Shown here: in pieces, positions 22,477 through 31,995 of the stretch | Layout of the letters: each line of letters starts with the position of its first letter | Numbering within the stretch: position 1 is the first letter of the stretch | DNA from: Patescibacteria group bacterium | GTDB taxonomy: Bacteria > Patescibacteriota > Microgenomatia > Curtissbacterales > GWA2-41-24 | NCBI GenBank assembly: GCA_038063735.1 | Contig: JBBTUN010000006.1 | Location: 8,485-72,484 of the forward strand | Reading direction: 5' to 3' | Length of the DNA stretch: 64,000 nt | The notes under the pieces: model-generated | What the model saw: only the letters and a program-made list of their open reading frames with translations | Database searches by the model: none | What the model was told of the DNA's origin: nothing | Translations under genes and position numbers: made by a program

Positions 22477-23193
22477 ATGTCAACCCCAAAATACAAACGA
22501 GTTCTCCTTAAACTTTCCGGTGAAACATTTCAAGGCAGTCGAGAATTCGGAATTGATCCGCAATTTTGCCAATGGATTTCAAAAGAAATTGTCAAAGCAA
22601 AGGAAAGTGGCACCCAAATTGCAGTAGTTGTTGGCGGCGGAAACATCTTCAGAGGAACTTCTGCCGAAGAAAATGGCCTTGAGCGGACCGTCGGTGATTA
22701 TATCGGCATGCTGGCAACAATCATGAACTCGCTTGCCCTACAAGCTGCCCTGGAAAAAGAAAACCAGCCGGCTAGAGTTCTTTCCGCAATAGACATCAAA
22801 GACGTCTGCGAACCATATATAAGAAGAAGGGCCATAAGGCATATGGAAAAGGGGAGGGTTGTAATATTTGCAGGGGGAACAGGCAACCCTTACTTCACCA
22901 CAGATACAACTGCAGCACTGCGCGCGCTGGAAACCAAATGCGAAATAATCTTAAAGGCAACTAAAGTCGATGGTGTCTACGACAAAGATCCGCTTAAAAA
23001 TAAAGACGCCATTAAGTTTGAAAAGATTGGTTTCAAAGAAGCACTCAACAGCAAAGAAATCGAAGTTCTGGACAACAGCGCATTGTCACTTTGCATGGAC
23101 CATAAAATTCCCATTTTGGTCTTTGACGTTAATTTGCAGGGCAATATCCACAAAGCAGTTTCAGGTGAACTTGTCGGCACCCTCATCTCCTGA
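22477..23193 (+). CDS. pyrH: UMP kinase
   Basis: RVLLKLSGE, VVGGGNIFRG, GTGNPYFTTDT, KVDGVYDKDP. Confidence 0.97.
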   Translation: MSTPKYKRVLLKLSGETFQGSREFGIDPQFCQWISKEIVKAKESGTQIAVVVGGGNIFRGTSAEENGLERTVGDYIGMLATIMNSLALQAALEKENQPARVLSAIDIKDVCEPYIRRRAIRHMEKGRVVIFAGGTGNPYFTTDTTAALRALETKCEIILKATKVDGVYDKDPLKNKDAIKFEKIGFKEALNSKEIEVLDNSALSLCMDHKIPILVFDVNLQGNIHKAVSGELVGTLIS

Positions 23194-23243
23194 TAAACCC
23201 ACCCCATAGTAAAATAGCCCGTTTTAAGTTATAATGGGCAACT

Positions 23244-23813
23244 ATGCCAACAGAACTTGACCGTCCAATTATTTTAGAGATCGACCAAAATGAACTAGAG
23301 ATAGACTCATCTCACGTAAAACAAATCTGGGACGTAGCCAGAGTGGCAAATTTACAAATAGATGCGGCCGCTGGTAATCAGTTTCCAAAAGCAAACCGCC
23401 TTACCGATATCCAAAAATCAAAGCTAAACAACCGCATAAAGGATGTTTTTGACAACCAAAACACACTCGTAGTTCGCTACGGAACATTCGCAGTGGTCCT
23501 AGATAGCGCTCAAGGCGCCTATTATCAAATTGATGATCTTGAAGCCAGACGAGTCCTTTCTGGAAAATCTAGCTCACTTAAAACAAAAGCCTTTTCCGGC
23601 AAGCCGTCTGCAAACATTTCATTTGACGACGCTAGCGCTTGGATAAATGTTTCTTTAGATCAAAAAAGTTTTGCTCACGAATTATACGGACCTGACTATC
23701 CGGATGTTCCATTAATTTATGAAGTGCCAACAGGCCCTGAACCACCAATTCTTCTATTTGGTTTTAATCCATATGCAAAATACTCACTTTACCTCGAAAA
23801 ATCGGTCGCTTAA
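23244..23813 (+). CDS. Hypothetical protein
   Basis: 189-aa ORF, TATAAT 8 nt before the ATG; no motif recognised. Confidence 0.6.
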   Translation: MPTELDRPIILEIDQNELEIDSSHVKQIWDVARVANLQIDAAAGNQFPKANRLTDIQKSKLNNRIKDVFDNQNTLVVRYGTFAVVLDSAQGAYYQIDDLEARRVLSGKSSSLKTKAFSGKPSANISFDDASAWINVSLDQKSFAHELYGPDYPDVPLIYEVPTGPEPPILLFGFNPYAKYSLYLEKSVA

Positions 23814-24106
23814 GCCGTTTTTTGACTTCTTTTTAGCCACGATCAGCCCATTACAGCGCCCCTAACGGCTTTTTCTTATCTTACCTTTATACCAAACCGT
23901 TTAATTTAATATTTCGGGAACAAAAAGATACTAAAAAACTCTTTTTACATAAAAGAGGGGACAAATGAATCAAACTAGACAAAAGTTGTTTTTTTATATA
24001 AAACCAAAAAAAGAGAAAAGCCTGTTTTTATTAATAATTTGTAACTGGGCACTGGTCATTGGAAATTGTGTATGAACCTCTTCGCACCCTCTCTCAAACG
24101 TACCTT

Positions 24107-24134
24107 ACGTCGCAAAAGTATCATTGTGCGACGT
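24107..24134. other. dif-like Xer recombination site (11-6-11)
   Basis: ACGTCGCAAAA GTATCA TTGTGCGACGT, 3 kb from the xer gene. Confidence 0.6.
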
Positions 24135-24626
24135 AGTACAGAAAAGGAGATTGCTCTCTCTTCGGAGAAGTACAGACACAAAAGTAAGAACTGAAATTGG
24201 TAAATGGTTATTGGTAATTGGTCATTATTAGCCCCATGTGGGGTCTTCTCCGGTAAACATCAAAAACAGCCCTCCCGTGCCTAATTAGCACTCTTAATGT
24301 TGCTGTGCAAAACTGATTTGTGCACGTGGGGACAAGAGCCTTAACCACAACCCTACTCCAAAACAACAACTCTCAACCCGTATCTCCTAAAAAGGATAAG
24401 CAAAACAAAGTCTTATAGTCCGATTCTCGTAATTTTTCACAATATCTCAGGTCATCTTTTCACATTATTATAACCGTATCAAACTATATCAGCTACTACA
24501 CTTCCCTGTCTCCCTCATTCCTCCACTTTCTATAAAATATTTACGGGTGTTTTGCAGCTAAATCAAATGTCAGGCGCCAGTAGTCAAATGTCCCATTTCT
24601 CCTTCTTCCCTAATAAATACTATAGG

Positions 24627-25430
24627 TTATCCATTCCACTTAGTAGCAACCACAACAATAACCATTACAATAGAGGCAACCGCCAAATGCTCCCAGATAA
24701 CCCTAGGTCTAATCTTCTCATGAAAAACAAACTGTCCGAGTCCCAAAAGTACATACATAATTGTCACCATTATTAGTGCTCCATTAATTGGAGCCACCGG
24801 CCAAAAAGATATGACCGCAGCTATCTCCGCAGAGATTAGAGTAAAGGTGCAGGCATGCACAAACACCTTGCGGGAAATAAAATCCTCAAGCTCGTACGAC
24901 CATAACCCGACAAGATAAACCGGAAAACTTATGACTATAACCGCCGGTACTATTACGTACACCCCAAAGTGCAAAGATAAAAGCACATTTGTTAAGAAGA
25001 ATGTAGAAACCAAAGAAAACAAAAGCCCGACGGCGTGAGCTGCCCTAAGGAGTGCAATTGTCCGAATAGCAGCAATATTGTAGATGTTAGACGTCAACAT
25101 CAAAAGATAGACAGATATACCAAAAACAAAGGCAAATGGGAGTCTCGTTAGCCATCTAACGGGCAGCAAAAAATAAAAAAGCGAAGCGCCTATTACAAAA
25201 TAAACCGGTAAAAGCAAAAGCAAAAAATACTTAATACCCGAAAGCTCACCCCACAGCGCAAACGCTGCCAATAAAACTGACGCAAAACCCAAAACAGCTA
25301 TTGCCTGGTAACGTAAATTTACGGGCACGGTCTGGGTCGCAACCAAAACAAATGACAAAAAAAAAGACATAAATACTAACTTTTGTCTTTTAGTTATTTC
25401 ATATGAAGTAATCCTTTTAAAAAGCCTCAT
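24627..25430 (-). CDS. Multi-pass membrane protein of unknown function
   Basis: 267 aa with about 9 hydrophobic segments, co-oriented with ruvC. Confidence 0.75.
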   Translation of the reverse strand: MRLFKRITSYEITKRQKLVFMSFFLSFVLVATQTVPVNLRYQAIAVLGFASVLLAAFALWGELSGIKYFLLLLLPVYFVIGASLFYFLLPVRWLTRLPFAFVFGISVYLLMLTSNIYNIAAIRTIALLRAAHAVGLLFSLVSTFFLTNVLLSLHFGVYVIVPAVIVISFPVYLVGLWSYELEDFISRKVFVHACTFTLISAEIAAVISFWPVAPINGALIMVTIMYVLLGLGQFVFHEKIRPRVIWEHLAVASIVMVIVVVATKWNG

Positions 25431-25437
25431 CCCCTAC

Positions 25438-26046
25438 TCACTTCCCTTTGTTACTCGCCTTACCCCTTGTACTTTTCTCGCCTTTGGCCCCTTTGTCTCT
25501 TTTGCCCCTCTTGATAACTCCCTTCTGTTTCTCCGTCAACCTCTCCATGTTAGATATTTTTAAATAGTGACATATTGCAACTGCCAGCGCATCTGCCGCA
25601 TCATCTATATATCCGCTTTTGGGCTTTACCAACTTTCTTTTACCCAGATATCTCATTACGTGCTTTTGTATTTCTTTTTTGTCCGACCTTCCACTTCCCG
25701 TTATCGTCGCCTTTACATGTAGCCCTTGATATTCGAATATTGGTATCCTATAGCCCGCAGCAGCCGACAACACTACTCCCCTCGCCTGCCCAACTGTCAT
25801 TGCAGTCCTGGAGTTAACTCCAAAAAACAACTGTTCGATAGATACACAATCAGGTTTATAATATCCTAATAATCTTTTTATATCTTTATGGATACTATAT
25901 AACCTCATTGGCATTTCCATATCCTTTGATGTTACGATACAATCATAATCTATAAGTTCAATCAGTTTGTTGGAATCTTTGTCGTGGATTTTTATTACCC
26001 CATAGCCAGTGGTCGCAGTTCCCGGATCTATGCCGAAAATTATCAT
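25438..26046 (-). CDS. ruvC: Holliday junction resolvase with a basic low-complexity tail
   Basis: IFGIDPGTATTGYGVI, SIEQLFF, VGQARGV, DDAADALAVAICH. Confidence 0.95.
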   Translation of the reverse strand: MIIFGIDPGTATTGYGVIKIHDKDSNKLIELIDYDCIVTSKDMEMPMRLYSIHKDIKRLLGYYKPDCVSIEQLFFGVNSRTAMTVGQARGVVLSAAAGYRIPIFEYQGLHVKATITGSGRSDKKEIQKHVMRYLGKRKLVKPKSGYIDDAADALAVAICHYLKISNMERLTEKQKGVIKRGKRDKGAKGEKSTRGKASNKGK

Positions 26047-26786
26047 TTTCCCTCTCTAGGTTTCGGCCCGTCATACTCTATTTCATCATCCACTAACCTT
26101 CTCACCGGTTTCTCGCGTGTGGCTTCTTCCACAACATGGGCAACAAGCCCCGGGGTTCTGGCGATGATAAATATTCCTTTGCCTACTTTAGGGTTAAAAT
26201 CCATTTCCAAAAGAAGCGCCGCAATTATTCCATCAATATTAAGAGGTAACGCCTTCCCGCCTCCAGAAAGTTCAGTCTCTAACTTTTGGGCAAACTTTAC
26301 ATACTTTCCAAAAAATCCCAAATCTTTGGCTATTTCAACAAGTGCTTGAGTCCTGGGATCCACACTGTAAACCCTGTGACCAAAACCGCTTAACCTTTCC
26401 CCTCGTTTAGAAAATTCCCCAACCACCTCAGCTGGCACACGCCCGACATATGCCTCAAAATTCTCCATCGCCTTTTCCACCGCTCCACCATGGAATTCAC
26501 CAAATGCCAATATTCCGGCAGCAACCGCTGCCTGCACCGGCGATCCTCCGGAATAAACATTCCGGGCAGCAACAACGGAAGAGGGCGCCACACCATGATC
26601 GATAGAAATTGTCAGTATTGCGTCCAGCATTCTTTCGCTATTTTTGTCCGGTAATTTTCCTTGAAGTATTAAATAAATTGTCCTTGTAAACGAGGGCGAT
26701 TGAGCAAGTTTCGTAAGGTCATAACCATAAACATACGGTTTCCCGTCCTTGTGGGTCGATATAGAAGTTCTGTATGCCTTACCCAT
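26043..26786 (-). CDS. Citryl-CoA lyase (citrate-synthase-like domain)
   Basis: DHGVAPSS, GEFHGGA, GFGHRVYSVDPR, LNIDGIIAA, ARTPGLVAH. Confidence 0.85.
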   Translation of the reverse strand: MGKAYRTSISTHKDGKPYVYGYDLTKLAQSPSFTRTIYLILQGKLPDKNSERMLDAILTISIDHGVAPSSVVAARNVYSGGSPVQAAVAAGILAFGEFHGGAVEKAMENFEAYVGRVPAEVVGEFSKRGERLSGFGHRVYSVDPRTQALVEIAKDLGFFGKYVKFAQKLETELSGGGKALPLNIDGIIAALLLEMDFNPKVGKGIFIIARTPGLVAHVVEEATREKPVRRLVDDEIEYDGPKPREGK

Positions 26787-26825
26787 TAGCGTATAGTATA
26801 ACTTAAAACAAAATTAATCTTAAAT

Positions 26826-27716
26826 TTAGATAGCATTTTTAATTAGCTTAGGTATATCCTCAAAGTTTTCAGCTACTATTACACCACTTTCTTTTAAAAA
26901 CTTGTTCTTTTCATCCATTGAAAATTCCAAACCTACTATTGCACCCGCATGACCAAGAGCAGTGTCCTTAGGTAAACTTTCCGCAAACTTGCCTGCCAAA
27001 AATATTATCAAAGGCTTTGTAAACTTTTTTTCGCGAACTAACTTTGCTGCCTCTATTTCGCTACTCCCCCCAACTTCTCCAAATGCCACAACAGCTTTTG
27101 TCTGCGCGTCATGTTCAAAATCCAAAAGTAGATCTACAAAAGTTGTTCCAACTAGTAAATCTCCCCCAATACCCACAACAGTAGATTGCCCCAGCCCTGC
27201 ACTTGTTATCATCGACCCTAACTCCGAACACATACCGCCGGATTTGGAAATCACTCCGACAGGCCCTTTACTAAAGGTGATTTTGGCATTCGGTCCGCCG
27301 ATAGAACCAATTTTTCCTTCTCCCGGAGAAATTGCCCCGACCGAATTTGGACCCAAAACCCGAACTCCCGCCTTGCGTGCACGATATAAAATTTTGGCTG
27401 TATCCAAAACCGGAACTTTCTCCGCAAACATATGAACCAGTGAAATTCCAACGTCAATTGCCTCAAGCGCCGCATCCAGTGTCAGTAGTGGCGGTACATT
27501 TACCATAGTCGCGTCAATTGGTCCCACAGCACTAACTGCTTCTTTGACCGAATCAAAAACCGGTAACCCCAAAACCTCCTGGCCGCCTTTTCCTGGGGTT
27601 ACCCCACCAACAACTTTCATACCGTAGTCAAGTAGGTCAACACACGCCGAAAGGCCTGATTTTCCCGTAATCCCCTGGATTAAAACTTTGGTATCTCTAT
27701 TTACTAATATCGCCAT
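26826..27716 (-). CDS. CoA-binding/phospho-His subunit (SucD-like; citryl-CoA synthetase small subunit or AclA N-terminal half)
   Basis: VLIQGITGK, GVTPGKGG, GPNSVG, SKSGG, GEVGG, LGHAGAI. Confidence 0.88.
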   Translation of the reverse strand: MAILVNRDTKVLIQGITGKSGLSACVDLLDYGMKVVGGVTPGKGGQEVLGLPVFDSVKEAVSAVGPIDATMVNVPPLLTLDAALEAIDVGISLVHMFAEKVPVLDTAKILYRARKAGVRVLGPNSVGAISPGEGKIGSIGGPNAKITFSKGPVGVISKSGGMCSELGSMITSAGLGQSTVVGIGGDLLVGTTFVDLLLDFEHDAQTKAVVAFGEVGGSSEIEAAKLVREKKFTKPLIIFLAGKFAESLPKDTALGHAGAIVGLEFSMDEKNKFLKESGVIVAENFEDIPKLIKNAI

Positions 27717-27726
27717 TTTTGTTAAG

Positions 27727-27749
27727 TTCTCGACTTCGCTCGAACAATA
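27727..27749. repeat. REP-like element; inverted near-identical partner at 28511-28533
   Basis: TTCTCGACTTCGCTCGAACAATA is the reverse complement (1 mismatch) of TATTGTTCGAGCGGAGTCGAGAA. Confidence 0.75.
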
Positions 27750-29090
27750 TTATTCGACCTTGTGGAGAATTTCGTTACTTTTTTCATTTGCCATTTGAGA
27801 TTTGAATTCTTTGGAAAGCTCCACCATTTTTTTACATGCAACAGAAATTGGTGTTTCCGGTCCAAATAAATGGAAATCATAACCCTCTTTTTTGGCAAGT
27901 TTCTTAAGCATTTCGTAAGCTTCCTTTTGTTTTGGCCCGCCTCGTCTTACAACAATTGGGTAACTTGGTCTCGGTTTCACCTCCGCAAGTCCCTGGGCAA
28001 AACCGGCCAAAGTTTCATAAATATCCGTAAAATTAGCAACAGCCCCGGCAACCAAACATCCAGCCAGTCCTTCTTTTGATAATGTTATTTTTGTCAGCTT
28101 CTCGACTTTTTCGCGTGGTGGGTTACCAGAATATTCCGTGTAATTGGAAGGTTTCCCGCCATTTGCAACCAAAGCATCCATAACCAAAAGCGATGCCCCG
28201 CCTCCGGAAGCCAAAACCGCAATGTCTCCACCAAATTCGATAAATGTCGAACCGGCATTTCCCCTGTAATCTTCCACGTCTATTTTTTTTGCCGCCAGTT
28301 CCCTTTTTGTTGGCACAGCTCCCGCTGCACCTTTCGGCAAAACATCTAAATCCCTATGACGCGCCATTCCTGCGTCATCCAAAATTATTTTGGCATCGAC
28401 AGCAATGTAACTTTCACCAACCTTAGCAATCGGGTTAACCTCAACCAACCTGCAATCGTATCGACTAAACGCATCCCACAACCTCATCAAAAAATCAATT
28501 AGATAATCGATATTGTTCGAGCGGAGTCGAGAACCACCACCACTAGACTTCTCGATTCGTCCCGCTATTTGGGACTCACTCGAAGAATAGCTTCCGGTTA
28601 ACATTTTCCTTAGAAGTTTCGGATCCGGGCCCAAAAACGGATTAATATCCACTCTTACAATTTCCTCGGGATTCTTTGCTCGAACCTCTTCAATATCCAT
28701 TCCCCCTTCTTGGGAAAATAACAAAAACGGCACTGCCAAAACCGTGTCGTATGTAATCGAAGCATAAAATTCTTTTTCAATATCCGCCTTTTCCGCCAGC
28801 GTTATAAACCGCACCTCTTCCCCCACTTGCCCTGAGCTTGCCGAAGGGTTAAAGGTTGATCCGAACATTTTTTTACAGAAATCAACAAGTTGCTTTTCAT
28901 TTGTACAAACCTTAATTCCGCCACCCTTACCACGCCTGCCGGAAAGAACCTGCACCTTAGCAACTATTGGAAATTTAATGCGTTTTTTTGCAGCCTGCAC
29001 TTCTTCTAAATTCTCACAAACCACAAAAAACGGGCTCTCGACTCCAACTTTATTTAAAATTTTATGCCCCTCAAATTCGTATAATTTCAT
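27750..29090 (-). CDS. ATP-grasp subunit, ATP-citrate lyase beta (AclB)-like
   Basis: MKLYEFEG, GRRGKGGG, VEVNP, plus AclB citrate-binding-type motifs SGGGAS, NYTEYSGNP, VANFTDI, VRRGGP. Confidence 0.85.
   Translation of the reverse strand: MKLYEFEGHKILNKVGVESPFFVVCENLEEVQAAKKRIKFPIVAKVQVLSGRRGKGGGIKVCTNEKQLVDFCKKMFGSTFNPSASSGQVGEEVRFITLAEKADIEKEFYASITYDTVLAVPFLLFSQEGGMDIEEVRAKNPEEIVRVDINPFLGPDPKLLRKMLTGSYSSSESQIAGRIEKSSGGGSRLRSNNIDYLIDFLMRLWDAFSRYDCRLVEVNPIAKVGESYIAVDAKIILDDAGMARHRDLDVLPKGAAGAVPTKRELAAKKIDVEDYRGNAGSTFIEFGGDIAVLASGGGASLLVMDALVANGGKPSNYTEYSGNPPREKVEKLTKITLSKEGLAGCLVAGAVANFTDIYETLAGFAQGLAEVKPRPSYPIVVRRGGPKQKEAYEMLKKLAKKEGYDFHLFGPETPISVACKKMVELSKEFKSQMANEKSNEILHKVE
28511..28589. 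repeat. Composite palindromic element inserted in frame in the aclB-like gene
   Basis: Two inverted REP-like units encoding YSSSESQIAGRIEKSSGGGSRLRSNN on the minus strand. Confidence 0.7.
28826..28848. repeat. REP-like element inserted in frame (PSASSGQ)
   Basis: CTTGCCCTGAGCTTGCCGAAGGG. Confidence 0.7.
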
Positions 29091-29111
29091 AAACTAATGT
29101 AAAATTTTAGC

Positions 29112-29537
29112 ATGGATGTTTCAAAAGCAACAGAAGCGGATATCAACGCAATTTTAAAGTTGCAGACTCAAATATATCGAACCGAAAAAATTGCAGACGG
29201 TGCCAAAGCCGCTTTGGCAAAACAACTTAAGGACGATACTTGCGATGTACTTGTTGCCAAGACAAACGATCAAGTCATGGCCACAGCGGTGCTCTATTAT
29301 GTGGCCGTTGCCATCCGAAACAGCCACTATGCCCTGCTCGAAGGCCTGGTTGTCGATAAGTCACAAAGGGGCAAAGGCGTAGGTACAGAATTTTTCAAAA
29401 AATGTATAGAAACCGCCAAAGAAAAAGGCTGTTACAAAATAATCTTTACTTCAGGTTCAGACAGAACAGATGCCCATAAATTCTACGAAAAAAATGGCTT
29501 TGTCAAATGGGGCCTTGAGTTTCGAATGGATTTGTAA
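29112..29537 (+). CDS. GNAT-family N-acetyltransferase
   Basis: LVVDKSQRGKGVG, AHKFYEKNGF. Confidence 0.9.
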   Translation: MDVSKATEADINAILKLQTQIYRTEKIADGAKAALAKQLKDDTCDVLVAKTNDQVMATAVLYYVAVAIRNSHYALLEGLVVDKSQRGKGVGTEFFKKCIETAKEKGCYKIIFTSGSDRTDAHKFYEKNGFVKWGLEFRMDL

Positions 29538-29940
29538 AGTCTAATGGCTCACCATTTTCATCTACTGGATTGTCTAAAAAATCTTTAATTTTTCGTAGGT
29601 CTTCACGAAAAAACACATTTACTTCCGAATTCTTACCATGTCGTATTTTTTTGTTAGCCACCCCAATTTCAGTCATAAAGGATGCAACTCCATCAAAAGC
29701 GTCCCTCCTATTTCCCGAAACTGGCAACCTAAAGCCCAAAGTAAAATACGCTTCTCTAAAATGCGCAACCACAGCTTTAGTTCGCTCATAACTGTTATAA
29801 CTCATACGATCAAGAACACCCTGTTTTTGTCTCCAATCGGCACCCAATGTACGCCAAACCTCTGCTACATACTTTCCAGATCTTTCTTTTGCGCATTCTA
29901 CATATACTTCTCGAGACATGCGAGGCTCAAGTCTTACCAT
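29503..29940 (-). CDS. Hypothetical protein
   Basis: 145-aa ORF coupled to the yebC stop (TAATG). Confidence 0.55.
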   Translation of the reverse strand: MVRLEPRMSREVYVECAKERSGKYVAEVWRTLGADWRQKQGVLDRMSYNSYERTKAVVAHFREAYFTLGFRLPVSGNRRDAFDGVASFMTEIGVANKKIRHGKNSEVNVFFREDLRKIKDFLDNPVDENGEPLDFTNPFETQGPI

Positions 29941-30686
29941 TATAATGTGAGTAAATTATCGGCAATATCAAAGTTACTGTAAACCTTTTGCACATCATCT
30001 AAATCCTCTATTTTCTCAATTAGTGCCAAAACTTTCTTGGCGGTTTCCGCATCTTTTATCTCTACCAGCGTTGTCGGCTTTTTGAAAATCTCAAAACTCA
30101 CAACTGTCAAACCTTTCTCAGCCAATGCATGTTTCACTTTCTCTACATCAGCAGGTTTTGTATAAACTTCAACTACGTCACCCGCGTCCTCAATATCCTC
30201 AGCGCCGGCATCTGCAGCCAGTTCGAAAAGTTCGTCTAACGATTTGCCGTTCTTTTCCACTGTAATCATTCCCATTTCGGCAAAGGCCCAATCTACCGCT
30301 CCAGGTGTTGCAAATGTACCCCCGCTTTTTTCAATTGTCGACCGTATCTCCGGCGTTGTCCTGTTTTTATTGTCGGTTGCGGCAACTACAATTAGTGCAA
30401 CCTTATTTGGTCCATATCCTTCATAAACCACAGTTTCAATGGCAGCTGCCCCACCTTTACCCAAACCGCGGTCTATCGCCCTTTGCACATTCTCCTTTGG
30501 CATATTAATAGCCCGAGCCTGATCCATCATTAAGCGCAGTTTAAAGTTAGATGTCGGATCTCCCCCTCCGCCTTCGCGAACGGCAATAGCAATTGCCATA
30601 CCCATCTTTGTAAACGCCTGCCCCCGCTTGGCGTCGTTTACCCCCTTTTGCCTCTTTATTGTTGACCACTTGCTATGTCCACTCAT
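29940..30686 (-). CDS. yebC: YebC/PmpR family protein
   Basis: MSGHSKWSTIKRQK, YEGYGP, TDNKNRT, DDVQKVYSN. Confidence 0.96.
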   Translation of the reverse strand: MSGHSKWSTIKRQKGVNDAKRGQAFTKMGMAIAIAVREGGGGDPTSNFKLRLMMDQARAINMPKENVQRAIDRGLGKGGAAAIETVVYEGYGPNKVALIVVAATDNKNRTTPEIRSTIEKSGGTFATPGAVDWAFAEMGMITVEKNGKSLDELFELAADAGAEDIEDAGDVVEVYTKPADVEKVKHALAEKGLTVVSFEIFKKPTTLVEIKDAETAKKVLALIEKIEDLDDVQKVYSNFDIADNLLTL

Positions 30687-30701
30687 ATAATTCTTTCTAT
30701 G

Positions 30702-31064
30702 CTAAATTAATGCTTTTTTTCTCAATCTTTTAGCACGTCTTTCATTAGAAATCATGGTATCCACAGAATCTTTTAATTGTCTTGTATCACCCGAAACCGT
30801 ATACAAAGGCCTCAGATTTGGTCTCTCCACAGCCTCCACCTTCATCCCCAACAGTTTTTCTGCAAATTCAGCAGTCCTCTTATTTGTATAACTAACGGTT
30901 ACGGGGGGAAGAAAGCCTACCTTATCTTGTACTATCGTAAGAGCTTGACGAAAACTTATAAGTCCGACATACAATGTATCCCTTCTTCTTAGCAGTGAAT
31001 GAAAAAGTCCAATCTTCAGCTCCTCCGCATTGGCAAAAACAACTACATTGCCATTAAATATCAC
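30702..31064 (-). CDS. Hypothetical protein
   Basis: 120-aa ORF ending 15 nt before yebC; start uncertain. Confidence 0.45.
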   Translation of the reverse strand: MIFNGNVVVFANAEELKIGLFHSLLRRRDTLYVGLISFRQALTIVQDKVGFLPPVTVSYTNKRTAEFAEKLLGMKVEAVERPNLRPLYTVSGDTRQLKDSVDTMISNERRAKRLRKKALI

Positions 31065-31269
31065 ATGTTCATGCTCTACAACCAGGTAAATGATTATAAA
31101 CTACTCTTCTTTAGCCTGTCACTATTTACTATTATAGGTCCTACATTTTGAGGCCAACTTGGTTGAAACAAAGCCAATATTGAACACTCATTTTACCCCC
31201 ACTACCCCAATATCGTTTCATATTTTTCACCTATTGACGGCTAATCCGCTTTATTCTAACTTAGGTTCC

Positions 31270-31995
31270 ATGATTCAAAACGCCTCAAGTTGGCAAGGCA
31301 CAACAGACATAGACGACCTAAGCCATCTGGCAATAGAAGCAGCTCTCTCCTCCGACTGGATAGAAGCCACAAAGATAAACCAAAAGATTCTAACGCTATC
31401 ATCGGACAACGTCGAAGCCTTAAATAGGTTGGCAAAAGCCTTGATGTGTGCCGGCGAAATAGAAAAGGCCCAAAAAACATATAAAAAGGTGCTGGAAGTT
31501 GATCCCTACAATATTATCGCCCGTAAAAATATCGAAAAAATCAGCAAGCTAACCAATGGCGCAACCACAATAAGTAACAAGGCTAGTGGTCAAACAATAA
31601 AAAATATGAACTCAAACGGCCACGTAAACTTGTCAACCGTATTTCTATTCGAACCGGGAAAAACCAAAACCATAAACCTCCTTAACCTGGCATCTCCTCC
31701 AATTCTGGCCGCCCTAAACTGCGGGGACACATTGCAAATTGTCCCTAAAAAACACGCTATCTCGATTGCGACGCAAGAAGGGATTTACCTGGGAGCACTG
31801 CCTGACGATACTTCCCACAAAATGATTGTCTATATTCAAGGCGGCAATAAATACGAAGCTTTTGTAAAATCAGCAACCACCAAATCGCTAACAATTTTTA
31901 TCAGAGAAGTCGAAAGATCGGCAAAGTTTGCAACTCAACCATCTTTTCAGGAAGCAAGAACAATCTCCGAAGATAAAGAGACCTTCTTTGCCTAG
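31270..31995 (+). CDS. TPR-repeat protein with a C-terminal beta domain
   Basis: NVEALNRLAKA...AQKTYKKVLEVDPYNIIA; FLFEPGKTK. Confidence 0.75.
   Translation: MIQNASSWQGTTDIDDLSHLAIEAALSSDWIEATKINQKILTLSSDNVEALNRLAKALMCAGEIEKAQKTYKKVLEVDPYNIIARKNIEKISKLTNGATTISNKASGQTIKNMNSNGHVNLSTVFLFEPGKTKTINLLNLASPPILAALNCGDTLQIVPKKHAISIATQEGIYLGALPDDTSHKMIVYIQGGNKYEAFVKSATTKSLTIFIREVERSAKFATQPSFQEARTISEDKETFFA

Noticed and set aside
24285-24311. CIRCE element TTAGCACTC-N9-CTGTGCAAA
   Set aside because: Right arm has 3 mismatches and there is no downstream gene start in either direction
23814-24626. oriC or replication terminus
   Set aside because: Only mismatched DnaA-box-like 9-mers (e.g. TTAACCACA), convergent flanks argue against an origin, and spot counts show no GC-skew switch
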